DNA of 64,000 nt, from the NCBI RefSeq assembly GCF_013315695.1, contig NZ_CP054353.1; one strand, given 5' to 3'. Shown here piece after piece: positions 62,707 through 64,000 of this stretch (positions are counted from its first letter, which is position 1; each line of letters opens with the position of its first letter). The notes beneath the pieces are model-generated. The model searched no databases. It was not told where the DNA came from and saw nothing but the letters and a program-made list of their open reading frames with translations. Made by a program: the position numbers and the translations under genes. Source of the stretch: Escherichia coli (GTDB taxonomy: Bacteria; Pseudomonadota; Gammaproteobacteria; Enterobacterales; Enterobacteriaceae).

Positions 62707-64000
62707 TTATTGCGAAGCCGCATCCGGTTTACGCAATGCCAGTGGATTGAGCTTTATCCCTTCGTAATAACTCACCCATGAAGAATATCTCTCAGGGGAA
62801 TTCCAGACGCGGAAATGCAGACGGGCCATCGTCACCGGATCGCTTAGCAGCACCAGGCGACGATCGCGATTCAGCTTCTCTGGCGTCTCGTTCAGCGCCT
62901 GTTCAACGTGGCGGTCACGGGCGATTTCCAGCACCTTACTGGCGCGGTGACGCGCGGTCGCCATTGCGGTTGCCAGAGCGTTGAATGACGGGTTAAACAC
63001 TGCGTGCATAAAACCATCATCAAGGGAGCGTTGACGGTTCATCTCAAGGAACCGATCGGTATCAACCAGCACCTGCGGCGGTGAATACTCTTCCGGGATC
63101 AGGAACAGTTTCCAGCGTTTGGTGCGCAGACCAACGGTGGCACGGCTGGAAATCACCGAAACAAACGGTGACAGGATCAACGAGAAGACAATCGGAGCCA
63201 GCCAGAACAGGAAACGCAGATCCAGCCACGCCATCCCAACAGCCCACACTAACCCTAACAGCAGCTGTGAGCCGTGGCGTTTGAACGCTTCACCCCAGGA
63301 AGTGGAGTCATCATCACGCTGCGGTGAATTCCACACCACTTCCCAGCCAAGGAACGCGCTGACGACGAAAACCGTATGGAACAGCATGCGTACCGGAGCC
63401 AGCAGCACGGAAAACAGCACTTCCAGCAGCAACGATAATGTAACGCGCCAGAAGCCGCCATATTCTTTCGTTCCTTTGCACCAAATAAGCAAAATGCTCA
63501 ATAGCTTTGGCAGGAACAACAGCACCATAGTCGAAGCAAAAAGTGCAATCGCCAGCTCAGGACGCCACTGCGGCCACACCGGGAACAACTGCCGTGGTTG
63601 CAGGAAGTATTGCGGTTCGGTCAACGCATGCACTACCTGCAATGCAGTAGAGAGCGCGAGGAACATAAACCACAGCGGAGCGGAGAGATAAGACATCACG
63701 CCCGTCAGGAACACCGCACGGTGAACCGGATGCATACCCTTCACCAGGAACAGACGGAAGTTCATCAGGTTACCGTGGCACCAGCGGCGGTCACGTTTTA
63801 GCTCATCAAGCAAGTTAGGCGGCAATTCTTCATAAGAACCCGGGAGATCGTAAGCAATCCACACCCCCCAACCTGCACGGCGCATCAACGCCGCTTCCAC
63901 GAAATCATGTGACAGGATTGAACCGGCAAAGGAACCTTCGCCCGGCAGCGGAGCCAGTGCGCAATGCTCGATAAACGGTTTCACGCGGATAATCGCGTTA
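62707..64000 (-). CDS. opgH: Glucans biosynthesis glucosyltransferase OpgH (MdoH), C-terminal part; start lies beyond the window
   Basis: Minus-strand reading frame open to the window edge; translation ...[34 protein letters not shown]... ending ...[10 protein letters not shown] matches OpgH C-terminus. Confidence 0.93.
   Translation of the reverse strand, partial: NAIIRVKPFIEHCALAPLPGEGSFAGSILSHDFVEAALMRRAGWGVWIAYDLPGSYEELPPNLLDELKRDRRWCHGNLMNFRLFLVKGMHPVHRAVFLTGVMSYLSAPLWFMFLALSTALQVVHALTEPQYFLQPRQLFPVWPQWRPELAIALFASTMVLLFLPKLLSILLIWCKGTKEYGGFWRVTLSLLLEVLFSVLLAPVRMLFHTVFVVSAFLGWEVVWNSPQRDDDSTSWGEAFKRHGSQLLLGLVWAVGMAWLDLRFLFWLAPIVFSLILSPFVSVISSRATVGLRTKRWKLFLIPEEYSPPQVLVDTDRFLEMNRQRSLDDGFMHAVFNPSFNALATAMATARHRASKVLEIARDRHVEQALNETPEKLNRDRRLVLLSDPVTMARLHFRVWNSPERYSSWVSYYEGIKLNPLALRKPDAASQ

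Overview
This window is a contiguous stretch of Escherichia coli core chromosome, read in the opposite orientation to K-12 numbering, running from ycfT and mfd to a partial opgH. It carries, in order: ldtC, bhsA, comR, ycfJ, ndh, ycfP, nagZ, thiK, lpoB, ycfL, hinT, fhuE, ptsG, ycfH, holB, tmk, mltG, pabC, the fatty-acid synthesis cluster (fabF, acpP, fabG, fabD, fabH, plsX, rpmF, yceD), yceF, rluC, rne with its long leader, the flagellar genes flgL to flgB and flgAMN, murJ, yceM, yceH, rimJ, mdtH, grxB, yceB, pyrC, dinI, bssS, solA, yceO, yceJ, yceI, trhO, lpxL, mdtG, msyB and yceK. Genes were identified by reading the translated ORFs against remembered protein sequences; no database search was run. 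The ORF track translates GTG/TTG starts as M, so several N-terminal extensions were trimmed to the start matching the known N-terminus. The one clearly accessory element is a compact two-gene toxin-antitoxin module (a DUF1778 ribbon-helix-helix antitoxin and a GNAT acetyltransferase toxin of the TacT/AtaT/ItaT type, with 4-bp ATGA overlap) between the rne terminator and the flgL stop. It enlarges that spacer to about 1.0 kb, against roughly 0.25 kb in K-12 as I recall it, and has no integrase, IS or obvious direct repeats. Secondary observations are an apparent 1-bp frameshift in dinI behind an intact LexA box, a perfect CRP-type palindrome between bhsA and comR, a yceO start codon inside the solA terminator hairpin, REP clusters, and the expected sigma-28, PurR, pyrC-leader and rne-leader regulatory elements. 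No rRNA, tRNA, CRISPR array or IS element was found.
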